From a virus, in the IMG/VR virus record IMGVR_UViG_3300031857_000091, positions 1-64,000 of that record: DNA of 64,000 bases; one strand, written 5' to 3'. Every line of letters begins with the position of its first letter. The first letter of the stretch is position 1. This document shows positions 37,101 through 47,107 of this stretch, in pieces. Made by a program: the position numbers and the translations under genes. Below the pieces are notes generated by a model. That model searched no databases, was not told the DNA's origin, and was given only the letters and a program-made list of their open reading frames with translations.

Positions 37101-38679
37101 TAATGATGTTGAAGTAGAATTTGATTTATTGATAACTGAGACATCTCCCAATATTTTTAATGTCAAATTTTTTGGATATTCAAGTGGGGGTACAATTCAA
37201 GTTGAATTAACAAGTACTGTTTCTGGTGGTCTTTTAATTAATACTTGGTATCATCTTGCTGTCACACGCAATGGAAATGATTGGAGACTATTTATTAATG
37301 GGACGATACAAGAATTAATTACGTCCTCAGCAAATCTTTTTTCTGCTTTTGCTAATCCATCTCAAATATTTCTCACGTTAGGTAGAATTAATGACCTTCC
37401 TGTTAATGACTCCACTCAATATAAAGGACTTATAGAAGATTTTCGGTTAACACTAGGGAATGCTAGATACTTTGCAAACTTTACCCCACCAACATCTCCA
37501 TTACCCGCAACAAGTGGAACAACCAGAAATGTCAAAGACTATTTTATTAGCTTTTCTGGGCTAACTGATGTTGATAACACGGTAACTCCTCAACAAGATT
37601 GGGTCCCTGCATGGTCTACTAATCAAAATAAATATATTCCTAAACCCATTGGAGCTGGGGGGAGTGTTGTGTCGTTATCTTTGAATCAGATAACAGACGT
37701 CAATGTATCTAATTCAACGACAAATCATGTTTTAGCTAAAGATGCTGATGGTGTTTGGAGGGGTAGAGCTATTGGGTCTGGGGTCACTTCCGTCAATGGG
37801 CTATCAGGCGTTGTGACTTTGAATAGTGACCAAATCATTCAAGGGACAACTAACTTATTTTTGACTCCAGGTGCGTTCGCTACTCAATTAGCAGCTGCAA
37901 ATCTTGAACAATTAGCCAACGTACAAGACAGTGTTGCAAATAATTTATACTTGCAAAAAGTTAACGGAGTCTGGCAAGGATCAAGTATTTCGTTTCCAGT
38001 TACCGGAGTAAATAATAAAACGGGCAATGTTACTTTATCTACTACTGATATTGGCGAGGGAACTCGCCTTTATTACAGTAATGAGCGGGTAGCTACACAC
38101 GTCAATACTCTTACTATTTCCAATTTTGGAGGAGTATTTACTGGGACTCCCACCACAGGTAAAATAGTATCTGTTTCTGCTGGAAAACTAACCTTTATTG
38201 ATGCACCTTCAGGATCTTTAGTTAATACAGATGGTTTAGCAGAAGGAGCTACTCGCTTTTATTACACTAATGAGCGGGTAGCTACGCACGTCAATACTCT
38301 TACTATCTCCAACTTTAGTGGGGTATTCACAGGGACTCCCACTACTGGGGCTATTCCGTCTGTAGATGCTAATGGTAAATTAGCTTTTGGTAATCCTGTC
38401 CCATTGCAAGAATTTAAAGCAGTTACGGGTAGTTACTCCGTACTTGCTGATGATCATGGAAAAATGGTAAGAATCACCAATGCAAGTACCGTAACATTAC
38501 CCACGGGATTATCTACAGGATTTCAAGTTACGTTTTTCAATGAAACTAACAGTACTATTACTTTTTCCAGTCCCGGAACAATTAAGGCTAAAGCTTTGAC
38601 GTGCTCCAATCAATACGGGGCTGTCTACGCAACACATCAAGGTAGCAATGTATGGATTTTACTAGGGGACTTGGGCTAA
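34093..38679 (+). CDS. Tail fibre / receptor-binding protein with LamG-like domain
   Basis: 1528 aa; DDGELVLKP..GRF, INTWYHLAVTRNGNDWRLFING, VTSVNG/VTGVNNKTGNVTL and EG..YY.NER fibre repeats. Confidence 0.85.
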   Translation: MLSQYGSFRQQLAAADWNLSVMSGGDLTSNDTIEFFVQAHNRVGLNKLSTGKSITTGTGSKIRLTINSLAIASGEDTFKFVISARRGLDTPKQIAEIYIRESNQYTFKQLPISLDFTKPAHVSTNLTQALSTGNDRINGQIRIVEGVSYRYDSLATTGAFQSSPGYWVIDSRAGIVNIINTKGQYGADQRTSTANLVIPAKLNTEGDIKTEPIVFWWSNNLDSNLGNFSPAGMGLNLKIYLNGALTNSQNIPYANLFSNLITIRFLGYVNLATGVINASLPDVNVEKQWTPTASGITLPANLDPGYAAAYAISVEFSGDLLDTMIATAGTVGIELTREPTPGVYEPSTGVLGDSVLEGLYVLPEQMLPGVATLANYRVTYRTPSFFIGLEPDAANQKVVITNSPTGLARVRQGDLANGQYLRAIVGTLPGTQTISSFSSIQGISTNNSIELTINYPVNSTNGLATVRGDYPDVVAGNNQATFNVPEIIIYLHDTANNIYYKLPSIPVIAGASQQITISNLNNATQINSNNLPSSSSSFGLFGYLSPTIAVSGVLGNFPFTLFRLAIAYHYPEDNLAITSVSHAASQGCLPQVRSALVDSLENNLYWLTPAATVAIARQISADKLIDGAVLLVIGTETLYRYDSYSSATDDGELVLKPNALTGAGRFIALASGVGSGGLDDLGWSTSAKGELISWTGSAITIVPRGQNGYYLKSDNSSPSGLSWAEVTVSPGVLFPFEEIANQVAYNTPTGGIDVRPMWNEDTMDLSPSRYCLAYSNGGTSLDSYFELIPTPSGTTKKVLMFDPATTTYSWVNFTIAGLLDSYGTSTVVPHNSQLFYDASISKWSPRTEKTEIRLPNLADTFIDSPANNYPLIWDNTMRKFIVGMPELSEIQGLKYTSSTIPIPGDSLWNNTKVLVSARNLGQNLRSTQDSIAVINATISSLSPYITGISSYQFTTASLNTNRQFIQIATTLNTIIGGNVFALELFFRPEELSSGKTYALASRNNDVEVEFDLLITETSPNIFNVKFFGYSSGGTIQVELTSTVSGGLLINTWYHLAVTRNGNDWRLFINGTIQELITSSANLFSAFANPSQIFLTLGRINDLPVNDSTQYKGLIEDFRLTLGNARYFANFTPPTSPLPATSGTTRNVKDYFISFSGLTDVDNTVTPQQDWVPAWSTNQNKYIPKPIGAGGSVVSLSLNQITDVNVSNSTTNHVLAKDADGVWRGRAIGSGVTSVNGLSGVVTLNSDQIIQGTTNLFLTPGAFATQLAAANLEQLANVQDSVANNLYLQKVNGVWQGSSISFPVTGVNNKTGNVTLSTTDIGEGTRLYYSNERVATHVNTLTISNFGGVFTGTPTTGKIVSVSAGKLTFIDAPSGSLVNTDGLAEGATRFYYTNERVATHVNTLTISNFSGVFTGTPTTGAIPSVDANGKLAFGNPVPLQEFKAVTGSYSVLADDHGKMVRITNASTVTLPTGLSTGFQVTFFNETNSTITFSSPGTIKAKALTCSNQYGAVYATHQGSNVWILLGDLG
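38062..38349 (+). repeat. Two ~99-bp direct repeats in tail fibre gene
   Basis: TR(L/F)YY(S/T)NERVATHVNTLTISNF(G/S)GVFTGTPTTG at 38062 and 38251. Confidence 0.85.
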
Positions 38680-39864
38680 ATGAGCAAAGAAATTGGCATA
38701 GGCAAGGCAGCCAAACTAGCCAGAGTAGGGGAGATGGTTAGTGTTTCGATAGATGGGAAAACTATTACAGCAAAAGTCGCGACAAACTTATCTAGCACCA
38801 AAGTACTTGTTTTATTTGATGGTCGTACCTATCATGCTTACCCAGAAAGTCAAAGAACTATTCTTAAAAGTCAAAAAACAGTATTAGCTAAGCATGAAAG
38901 AAGAAAGCAATCATCAAAAGTCACTATAAGTACTGCTATATTGTTCGAGGTTGCGAATTATAATCTTTCTCGCCCTCCTAGAGAAAATGATTCTTGCAGT
39001 TATTACGTTTCTGTAGACGGAAAAACTCCGAGACACATTCTTACAACTTCTGTCGTGATTACCGCTCCAATCCCAGGTGCTGGAGGTGGAAATGGTCTAT
39101 ATAGAATAAATCCAATTTTTACAGCTACTTTAACTTATTTTGGAAATGGTCGTTATAGGGGATCTATAAAATATGGAATACGCCCAACGCAACGAGAAAT
39201 AAATGGTAAGTTTTATATCATAAATTTTGCTGCAAACATGGTGGTTTTTACTGAATCATCCACGATAACTTATGGGCTTGGTGCAAGCATTCCGCCTGCA
39301 CCAGAAGACTGGCAAGATATGCACCTTAGAGATAGGTTTGTTGGAAGTTATAGTAACGAACGGTTTCTTTATGATAGTACAAGGGGCACAGTTGCTCAAT
39401 CGGGAGACCGGAATTATCTAAGGAATCTATATATTGGAAACGTAGGGGATATTGATACTGTTCATCCTTGTTTTTGGTCTGACTTTGGTGGAAATCAGAG
39501 TCCGATTGGTTCATTCGGCACGTTGTTTGACAAATTTTTACCACAAACAACAGGAACTGCCGGAAGCGCTCATTATAACATTGATGTAAAAAATCAAATT
39601 ATATTTTCTGTAATTGCAAATATAAGTTATATTGACTATACAACAACAGGCGCTTCGTTAGGAATTCAAGCTTGGAACTATAGCAAAATTTTATCGGAAG
39701 TATATGACAGAGACGTTTGTACCATGTCTAGTCGTTATATTAAAGATAGCTTTTTTGCTGATTATATTTTCCCGAAAATAGAAATATCGTCTGGGTCAAT
39801 AATTGGGCACGCCATTGCAGGTTTTGTTACTTGGTCAAATTATAAAGTTACTAAGATAGTATGA
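38680..39864 (+). CDS. Hypothetical protein, probable tail component
   Basis: 394 aa, directly abuts the fibre gene. Confidence 0.5.
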   Translation: MSKEIGIGKAAKLARVGEMVSVSIDGKTITAKVATNLSSTKVLVLFDGRTYHAYPESQRTILKSQKTVLAKHERRKQSSKVTISTAILFEVANYNLSRPPRENDSCSYYVSVDGKTPRHILTTSVVITAPIPGAGGGNGLYRINPIFTATLTYFGNGRYRGSIKYGIRPTQREINGKFYIINFAANMVVFTESSTITYGLGASIPPAPEDWQDMHLRDRFVGSYSNERFLYDSTRGTVAQSGDRNYLRNLYIGNVGDIDTVHPCFWSDFGGNQSPIGSFGTLFDKFLPQTTGTAGSAHYNIDVKNQIIFSVIANISYIDYTTTGASLGIQAWNYSKILSEVYDRDVCTMSSRYIKDSFFADYIFPKIEISSGSIIGHAIAGFVTWSNYKVTKIV

Positions 39865-40490
39865 ATACTTATAAATGGGATGGTCAGGTACAGCGCTATC
39901 GAAATAAGGAGACGGGACGGTTTGTCAAAACAGAAACAATCTTAAAATTAACTGAACAAAATATGCAACAAAAAACAGAGAGGATGTTGCAATCTTTTGA
40001 AGATGTTAAATCTGGGAGAATAAGCTTAAGTGAATATCAAAGAGAAAACCTAGAAATAATTAAGTATCTCCATACTCAGCAATATCTAGTGGCTAAAGGG
40101 GGATTTAGAACTACTACCCCGGAAGATTATCTAGAAATAGCCAGGGAGTTAAAGAATCTGCACTACCCATCTTTTAGGAGGTTTACGGAAGACCTAAGAA
40201 ACGGGGCATTAACAGAAGGTCAAGCAAGGGCGCGTATTCGCAGCTTTGGCAAAGCGTCTGAAACCCTAGCAGATTTAGGGCATCGCTCCAGCGCTAAACA
40301 AAACGGACTTACTTGGGCAAGAAGGTATTTAAGCGCCGTTGAGCATTGCTCTGATTGCCCTATTTATGCAGCTATGGGAGCAGTCACTATAGATAACCTG
40401 ATTCTTCCGGGAAGACAGTGTGAATGTAGGTTCAACTGCAAGTGTTACGTGAGATATTTTAAAACCAGAGAAGAAGCTTTGAGGAGCTGA
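39861..40490 (+). CDS. Head morphogenesis protein (Mu gpF/SPP1 gp7-like)
   Basis: EHCSDC..PG.QCECRFNCKC C-terminal Cys cluster. Confidence 0.7.
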   Translation: MNTYKWDGQVQRYRNKETGRFVKTETILKLTEQNMQQKTERMLQSFEDVKSGRISLSEYQRENLEIIKYLHTQQYLVAKGGFRTTTPEDYLEIARELKNLHYPSFRRFTEDLRNGALTEGQARARIRSFGKASETLADLGHRSSAKQNGLTWARRYLSAVEHCSDCPIYAAMGAVTIDNLILPGRQCECRFNCKCYVRYFKTREEALRS

Positions 40491-40493
40491 TGG

Positions 40494-41213
40494 TTAGCTA
40501 AACCCAGCAGCCTTATTAGCTGTAAAATTCGTAGTATAATAACAAACACTAGCTAAATGAAAATGGGCTAATTTAAAAGAACTTCTCGCAGCCTCTACGG
40601 TTGTTCCATAAGCTTTAACACCTAAATATAATTCAGAAAAACTGGTGTTATCTCTTGTATAAGCTCCACTAAAAAATTGAGTTCCATTTCTAAACATTTT
40701 AATGGTATTGTCGTTTTGGCGACAAATTGCTAGGTGTACCCATGAATTTTGAGTTACATTGCTAATCGTTCTAGTACTGCCATTATGTTCCCAAAAAGAT
40801 AAATCAGCAGCAAAACCATTTAACATGGGCTGAAATGTATATAAAGATCCATTTGGAGATGGTGGTAAAAAAGTTAAAACGCTCATTCTAACGTCTGTTC
40901 CTAGTCTTTTTATCCACATTTCCATAGTCCAAGGCGCATTCCCTAAACTAACATTAGAAATTCTTGCTGACCATTTTTGATAGGAAGACGTGCTAGATGG
41001 AAAAACCATACTGGCATTTGATCCATAGATAGAATCTCCTGTATCAAAAGTAATTGTGTTCTCAGCGTGACTTGCTCCTGTTATTGATTTTGGAGTTCGA
41101 CTTCTATCAATTAAGTCGTCCCCTCTAAGATATAAAATTGTACTAGTTGGAGTAATAGGCGCAATAGGCGGAATAATTCTTGATTGAGATATAATTCCTG
41201 GACGATTAAACAT
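40494..41213 (-). CDS. LamG/concanavalin A-like domain protein
   Basis: WTMEMWIK, NSWVHLAICR..MFRNG. Confidence 0.8.
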   Translation of the reverse strand: MFNRPGIISQSRIIPPIAPITPTSTILYLRGDDLIDRSRTPKSITGASHAENTITFDTGDSIYGSNASMVFPSSTSSYQKWSARISNVSLGNAPWTMEMWIKRLGTDVRMSVLTFLPPSPNGSLYTFQPMLNGFAADLSFWEHNGSTRTISNVTQNSWVHLAICRQNDNTIKMFRNGTQFFSGAYTRDNTSFSELYLGVKAYGTTVEAARSSFKLAHFHLASVCYYTTNFTANKAAGFS

Positions 41214-41265
41214 TTTAGTACTATCAGAAGATTAATATTCTGATAGTAGCTTTTAAAGTTTAAGT

Positions 41266-42654
41266 TTAGTTGAAGATAAAGTTATTGAGATTATTGATTG
41301 TCCCTGCATTAGTATTTACCAAGGTGGCTAATACCTGAGGTTGCCCAGCTCCTATTCCATCTCTATCAATACTGATGACAGTATTTGTGACATCAGACAC
41401 CCCTATTCTAATTATTTGGTCTGCAAGAGGGTTACCGCCTTTATATCCTATTCCCTGTAATAGTTTCGAGACATTCATTTTATCTTTACCCGGAGTAAAG
41501 TTTAGTATTTCGTCATGCCCTTCAGAAATACTATTATAAGTAAAAATGTTTTGCCCTGTTCCACCTACAAGTAAGTCATTGCCGATTCCCCCGCCATTTG
41601 CAAAAGTATTAGAAACAGTAGATCTTCCTGTTAAAACATCAAATTGAGGTCTATCAAGAAAAGATTGAGCGCTTTGTAATGGAGTTGGAGAAGACAGATA
41701 GGATGGATTTGTTAAAAGTCCAGAGCCTAAAGTGTTGGGAATTGCTCCCACTGCAATATTGTAAATTCTATCAGCAGCATTATATACATTAATTTGGTCA
41801 TATCCCCCCATCGTTTGTGCTAATCGAGTATCTGTTCGAGTTATTAAATTTTTCATTTCTAAAGGAGTCAGTTCTCTGTTTAAATATCTTTTAGCGACTC
41901 CTTGTAGTAATGCTATTGACCCTGATACAAAAGGAGCAGCAAAACTAGTACCTGCACCTCTCGTGACTGAATTAGCTCCATCGAAAATAGAAATATTAGA
42001 CCCAGGGGCGGCAGTTAAATCTATGCGACGTTGGCTAGAATCTCTAAGGGAAAGGGAATCTGATACCCCGTCTCCATTTGTACTCATGACCCCGATAACA
42101 TTATTCAATCCGCCTATTGCGCTTGCCCCTTGAGAACGATTATAATTTTGATAAAAATTTCCGGCAGATGCAACAACAGTAATTCCTTTTTGTTCAGCAT
42201 TTCCTATTGAACTATAAATCGGATTGATTGTTGAAGTAGGCATATTATTTAAAGTGTTGGAGCTATCACCTAAAGAAATATTTACTGTGCTTATTTTGTA
42301 TCTTTCTTTATTTTGAGCTACCCAGTCTATGGCTGATGCTATAGCAGAAGTGGTTAATACTTGTACAGGAATAATTTTTATTCCTGGCGCAACATTGAAC
42401 GCTACACTAGCTACTCTTGTTCCGTGAAGATTTCCATCACTGACAGAGTTGTTAGCCATAGTAAAATCTAGGTCTTTTCTGACAAAAACATCTTTAACCC
42501 CGTCATTATTGCTGTCTGCTCCAAATCCTGAATGGTTAAGGTTAAATCCTACGTCAATTACAGCTATAGTTTGTTCTTGCCCTTTGATGTTTAAGAACCG
42601 AGAATCGGCATAAAATTGTTTTAATCCATTACTGGTATAATTAATAGTATTCAT
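41266..42654 (-). CDS. S8 subtilisin-like serine protease with type I secretion C-terminal target domain
   Basis: IAVIDVG, LHGTRVA, ASAGN, GTSFAAP; GNDLLVGGTG RTX-like repeat, DEILNFTPGKDK, IDRDG. Confidence 0.9.
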   Translation of the reverse strand: MNTINYTSNGLKQFYADSRFLNIKGQEQTIAVIDVGFNLNHSGFGADSNNDGVKDVFVRKDLDFTMANNSVSDGNLHGTRVASVAFNVAPGIKIIPVQVLTTSAIASAIDWVAQNKERYKISTVNISLGDSSNTLNNMPTSTINPIYSSIGNAEQKGITVVASAGNFYQNYNRSQGASAIGGLNNVIGVMSTNGDGVSDSLSLRDSSQRRIDLTAAPGSNISIFDGANSVTRGAGTSFAAPFVSGSIALLQGVAKRYLNRELTPLEMKNLITRTDTRLAQTMGGYDQINVYNAADRIYNIAVGAIPNTLGSGLLTNPSYLSSPTPLQSAQSFLDRPQFDVLTGRSTVSNTFANGGGIGNDLLVGGTGQNIFTYNSISEGHDEILNFTPGKDKMNVSKLLQGIGYKGGNPLADQIIRIGVSDVTNTVISIDRDGIGAGQPQVLATLVNTNAGTINNLNNFIFN

Positions 42655-42847
42655 TTTATATAGCTCATGAAAGCTCTTTTCTTTAGTTTAATCAAGCTAT
42701 ATCTCTTGTTATTTAAGTGGTATAGGGGGTTTATTCATCAGTAAAATTACTTAGAAAAGAGTTTAAGGGATTTTATTGAATATTCTTATTGTTTTTGAGT
42801 AATGTTTAATTGTTAAAAAAATATTAAGATTTTTCTTGTCAAAGTAC

Positions 42848-42876
42848 TTGACACTTTTAAAAAGATAAGCTACTGT
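42848..42876 (+). promoter_or_regulatory. Conserved sigma70-type promoter, copy 4
   Basis: TTGACA-cttttaaaaagataagc(17)-TACTGT. Confidence 0.8.
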
Positions 42877-42904
42877 AGAGAAGTAAACCAAACAGGTAAT
42901 CTTC

Positions 42905-43294
42905 ATGGAAAACTTAACAGACCGTTTAGTCACAGCTACATCTCGCCATATTTTAAGTTTGCTAGAACCTATGTCTCCTCTATGGATGGTAGGGCTAGAA
43001 ATCGTCAAAGACGGAGAAAGTTTACCGGAATGTAATTTTGACGAAAACGACCTAATCACAATATTGATTGACCACTTAGAAGACTTTTTATGGAATCAGT
43101 GGAGTGGAGCACAACCATTTAATCCCTCTACGTTTACCGCTTTATGCGTTTTACTGGATGATGTGGAATGGGAAGTGATTCTGTATGAGTTAATTCCTCA
43201 GTGGCACTATTATCTTGAGTGCAAAAAAGAAGAAATAGCTCAACAAAGATTGCTTCAATTATTTGCAGATGGTGCAGCTGCTTGTGAGTTTTAA
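42905..43294 (+). CDS. Hypothetical acidic protein (promoter-cassette gene)
   Basis: 129 aa; terminator AAAACCCCTTAAA..TTTAAGGGGTTTT at ~43328-43361. Confidence 0.7.
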   Translation: MENLTDRLVTATSRHILSLLEPMSPLWMVGLEIVKDGESLPECNFDENDLITILIDHLEDFLWNQWSGAQPFNPSTFTALCVLLDDVEWEVILYELIPQWHYYLECKKEEIAQQRLLQLFADGAAACEF

Positions 43295-43461
43295 ATCATT
43301 TAAATCGCTGAAAATTTAATCAAATACAAAACCCCTTAAAACTATTGCTTTAAGGGGTTTTAAATTCTATGAGCCTCAATAACCATTTTTAGTTTAGCGC
43401 GATCGCTCTATTTATTTTGTTAGGATAAAAATCAGTTTATTGGCAGTCAGTAAATAATTAG

Positions 43462-44496
43462 ATGCTAATCAATAACGCAATCTTCAACCCCAATGGAAAC
43501 GATAGTACAGAGCATCGGTCAATCTGGTTTGGAGACACTACCAACTTGATGCAATTAAACGATGTGAAGTATTTATGGGCAGTAGGGCTATATAACCAGT
43601 TGAGAGAAAACTTTTGGATACCTCAAAAGCTTGATGTTACTCAAGACGTTACCGATTATAAGCTGCTCACAACAGAAGAGCGCCGGGCATTTGATGGCAT
43701 CCTCTCTTATTTAACCTTTCTTGATTCAATTCAAACCTGCAATTTGCCACACCTAAAGAATGCGGTAACAGCTCCAGAGGTTAGTATGTGTTTAGTTGAG
43801 CAGCTATCCCAAGAAGCTATGCACAATGCCAGCTATCAGTATATGATTGAGACAATTATTCCCTCAGATAGACGGAATAGCGTGTATGACTTTTGGAGAG
43901 AGGATAAAATACTCGCTAATCGTTGTAATTATATTGCGGGACAATACCAAGCTTATCTAGAAAACCCTAGTGGAGAAACTTACTTTATCTCGTTATTGGC
44001 AGACTATATCCTAGAATCTTTGCTATTTTATAACGGCTTTACGTATTTTTATACTTTGTCCTCTCGGATGTTAATGGCAGGGAGCTCAGATATATTCAAG
44101 ATGATTAATCGAGACGAATTAAGTCACGTGAGGTTATTTCAGAAGATGTTGCCAGAAGCTATGGAAACGTTTACCCATTCTAAAGAACAAGTCTATGAGA
44201 TGTTTGACACCGCGGTACAAAATGAGATTCTATGGACTAATCATATTATTGGGACAGATATCTTGGGAATCACAGAAGAAAGTACCGAACAATATACCAA
44301 ATATCTGGCAAATATTAGATTGAAAGCAATAGGGCTAAACTACTTGTATGATGAAGAAAAATTCAGAAAATCTCCCTATACTCACTTAGAAAGATTTGCA
44401 GATACAAAAGCCGAAGGGAATACTAAAGCTAATTTCTTTGAGGCTGGAGTCACTAGCTATAGTATGTCTTCTGGTATTTCCGGTTGGGAGTTTTAA
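43462..44496 (+). CDS. nrdB: Class I ribonucleotide reductase beta subunit
   Basis: FWIP, LTFLDSIQ, QEAMHNASY, LESLLFYNGF, RDELSH, NFFE. Confidence 0.95.
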   Translation: MLINNAIFNPNGNDSTEHRSIWFGDTTNLMQLNDVKYLWAVGLYNQLRENFWIPQKLDVTQDVTDYKLLTTEERRAFDGILSYLTFLDSIQTCNLPHLKNAVTAPEVSMCLVEQLSQEAMHNASYQYMIETIIPSDRRNSVYDFWREDKILANRCNYIAGQYQAYLENPSGETYFISLLADYILESLLFYNGFTYFYTLSSRMLMAGSSDIFKMINRDELSHVRLFQKMLPEAMETFTHSKEQVYEMFDTAVQNEILWTNHIIGTDILGITEESTEQYTKYLANIRLKAIGLNYLYDEEKFRKSPYTHLERFADTKAEGNTKANFFEAGVTSYSMSSGISGWEF

Positions 44497-44544
44497 ACAT
44501 AACAGCGATGGGGATTTTGAATAGTTAATTTGAAGCCGATAGTA

Positions 44545-44842
44545 TTTTTCCGCATAGGAGTTTTAAATTTTTTGGGTTTAAATCAACTATTTCCTTTAAG
44601 AGTTTTAAACGGTTGAACTAGTACCATTTTTTCTAGAGTTTCAAAAACTAGCTTAGGTTTTTCTTTAAGAGTTTTAAATATTTTACCTAGAGTGCTAAAA
44701 TTTAATTCCTGACAAGAGTTTTTTAGAATTTTCTAGGATGTCTTTGTAAGGGTTTAAAACATCCTGCCGCCAAAATCTTGCTAAGGGTTTTTGCGGCTTT
44801 TAAGGATTCTAAAGGTTTTTACTTTTCCTTTTAGGGTTTTTC
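44545..44842 (-). repeat. Array of ~9 degenerate 18-bp motifs upstream of portal gene
   Basis: Plus-strand consensus WTTCYTnnTAAGRGTTTT; reverse complement of the motif at 57217-57676. Confidence 0.7.
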
Positions 44843-44888
44843 ATTCTGTCGCATTTACCTATAAAATTGTTTAATCAGGACTAACACA

Positions 44889-46130
44889 ATGTCAGAAAAT
44901 AGTAAGAAATATAGAATAAATAAAGACAGTCTAAGTCGGTTATTGTCTGAGTCTGGTGGGCTAGGGAATGGGCAGTATGACCCTCTAGAATCAATTATTA
45001 TTAATAAACCAAGAAAGTATACCGCAACAGAGTTAACTGATGCCTATAGAAGTATTTGGGCTTGTCGAAAGGTTTGTGACTTCTTGCCACGGATGATGGC
45101 GCGCGGATGGGGTAAGATAAACCTAAACCTCCCAACAAATATTGAACTAGAAAACAAGTTGAATAAGGATTTATCTTTACTTCGCCACAAATATAGAGAA
45201 GGGCAACGATTAGCTAATTTATATGGCGGTGCAGTAATTATCCGTATAGTGGAAGATGGGCGGGAATACTCTGCACCAATAAATAAGGAAATAACAAACC
45301 TGCGCTACTCTCGCGTTTTTACCCCGTGGGAAATATACCCTAGATTGGATGAAAGTGAAGATATTTACTCTCCTGAATATTATGAAATGAGTGCTTCTAT
45401 CGAGGGGCAAAAAACGGTATTTAAAATTCACAGCGATCGCATTATTCGCTTCAGTGGAGCGACTACAGATTACGAGTCAATGAGACTTAATCGTGGCTAC
45501 GAAGATTCTCTCTTAGTTCCATTCCTAGACCCTTGCCTAAGATATTTAACCGCAGTTAGTTATGTTGGCGCTTCGGTTAGTAGTTTTGAGTTTGTTATTC
45601 ATAAGCTACAAAATCTGTTCACCGAGTTGGAAAATGAAGAATCTCAGTTACATCTAGCAGAACGGTTAAGGGTTGCACATAACTCTCTTAGTGCGTTAAG
45701 GGGAATGGTTGTAGATAAAGAAGAAGAAGACGTGGCTGTGGTAAGCAGAAACTATGCGGGAGTCACGGAAATTATCGCTACACTGCGAGATGAAATGATA
45801 GCTGCTTCAGGGTTGACTAAACCTCAATTCATTCAAGAGCATCCCTCTGGATTAGCTGCTACAGGACAAAGCGAGAGGCTAGCTGAGGCAGATAATATTA
45901 GAGCTTTGCAAGAAGAAAAATGGGGACAATTGATAGAGGAAGATTGCCGATTGGTGTTGAAGAAGCATAAATACTCTTACAACAATTGGAAATGGGAATG
46001 GGCTAATCTCTTTCAATTGAGCCCGTTAGAAGAAGCAGAATTACATCAAATGGAGGCTAATTCAGATGCTATCAGGATTAGCTCAGGAGTTTTGACCCCA
46101 GAAGAAATAAAGAAACGGAGAGACCTTTGA
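44889..46130 (+). CDS. Phage portal protein (DUF1073/HI1409-like)
   Basis: ANLYGGAVI, KIHSDRIIRF, PSGLAATGQS, GVLTPEEI. Confidence 0.88.
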   Translation: MSENSKKYRINKDSLSRLLSESGGLGNGQYDPLESIIINKPRKYTATELTDAYRSIWACRKVCDFLPRMMARGWGKINLNLPTNIELENKLNKDLSLLRHKYREGQRLANLYGGAVIIRIVEDGREYSAPINKEITNLRYSRVFTPWEIYPRLDESEDIYSPEYYEMSASIEGQKTVFKIHSDRIIRFSGATTDYESMRLNRGYEDSLLVPFLDPCLRYLTAVSYVGASVSSFEFVIHKLQNLFTELENEESQLHLAERLRVAHNSLSALRGMVVDKEEEDVAVVSRNYAGVTEIIATLRDEMIAASGLTKPQFIQEHPSGLAATGQSERLAEADNIRALQEEKWGQLIEEDCRLVLKKHKYSYNNWKWEWANLFQLSPLEEAELHQMEANSDAIRISSGVLTPEEIKKRRDL

Positions 46131-46169
46131 TTTATGTGACAATAAAAGAAACGCGCTTTTCTGCCTGCA

Positions 46170-46643
46170 ATGAAGCCCATAAATATCAAAACTTTAAATA
46201 CTTTATTTAGCTTGTTGACCGAAGAAGAGTTGAGTACTGACTTTGGGAAGTTTAAGCTTAAACACAAATTGATTTTAATTAAGCAATTATCTAATGGAGA
46301 TGAAACTATTGCAACAGGCGTTGATTATTTGTTAAATAACGTTCTGGCAGAAACTTTTATTGCTGATGTTGATAATCAAATACTTTTAAGCATCCATTAT
46401 TCTCCCATAGAGATTCAAGATATCAATTTAATCTTAGGACTCCCGGAAACTAATTTAGTGCTATCTGAGAACTTGTTAAATAGTGTCTACAATAAGAACC
46501 ATGATGTCCCCAAGGTTCAGGAATTATATTATCAGTTAAAAGCTAAACACTTCAAACCACCTAAATATTATCTTGACAATAAATATCAAGGGCTAACCAA
46601 TGTGGCAGATAGGTTGCAATATGAACAGGAGATGAGCAAATGA
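46170..46643 (+). CDS. Hypothetical protein
   Basis: 157-aa ORF. Confidence 0.6.
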   Translation: MKPINIKTLNTLFSLLTEEELSTDFGKFKLKHKLILIKQLSNGDETIATGVDYLLNNVLAETFIADVDNQILLSIHYSPIEIQDINLILGLPETNLVLSENLLNSVYNKNHDVPKVQELYYQLKAKHFKPPKYYLDNKYQGLTNVADRLQYEQEMSK

Positions 46644-47107
46644 ATTACGATAATTTGCCAGAGATTAATCGAGAATACCGTATACAAGAGCTTGTTTCAC
46701 CGCCTTTGTGGTTTGAAGGATACTCAATTTATCGAACTGCGTGGTGTAAAAAATGGGTGGCGCTAGTCATTCTAGACCCTGGGTTTGCGCAAAAAGATTT
46801 ATCGATTGACGAGCTATATCAGTCAATTCTTTATGAATGGGAGTTACATCATTATCCCAATGACATCCGAGGTATTCCCGTCCCAAACCCTCCTCGGCTT
46901 TATCAACTAGAGGATGCAGTCAAATATTTTTATTACAAGCAAGTAGTAATTGAGTCTGTTAAACCTAGTACAAAATATATTTCTTCAGCTTATCCTCTTA
47001 AGTTACCTTCTCGAACACAAAGCACCCCACCAAAACAAGCTAATAGGGTGCTTTCTACTATTTCCTCTATACTGAGGAGTTTGACCGGGAATGAGTCTAG
47101 GTATTGA
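46640..47107 (+). CDS. Hypothetical protein
   Basis: 155-aa ORF, AGGAG RBS, ATGA overlap. Confidence 0.65.
   Translation: MNYDNLPEINREYRIQELVSPPLWFEGYSIYRTAWCKKWVALVILDPGFAQKDLSIDELYQSILYEWELHHYPNDIRGIPVPNPPRLYQLEDAVKYFYYKQVVIESVKPSTKYISSAYPLKLPSRTQSTPPKQANRVLSTISSILRSLTGNESRY

Noticed and set aside
38062-38349. Diversity-generating retroelement template/variable repeat pair
   Set aside because: Differences are mostly synonymous and not adenine-specific, both copies are in frame, and no reverse transcriptase is present.
44889-46130. Anti-CBASS Acb1 label sometimes given to DUF1073 proteins
   Set aside because: The sequence covers only the portal-like domain, with no appended HxT/S phosphoesterase domain visible.
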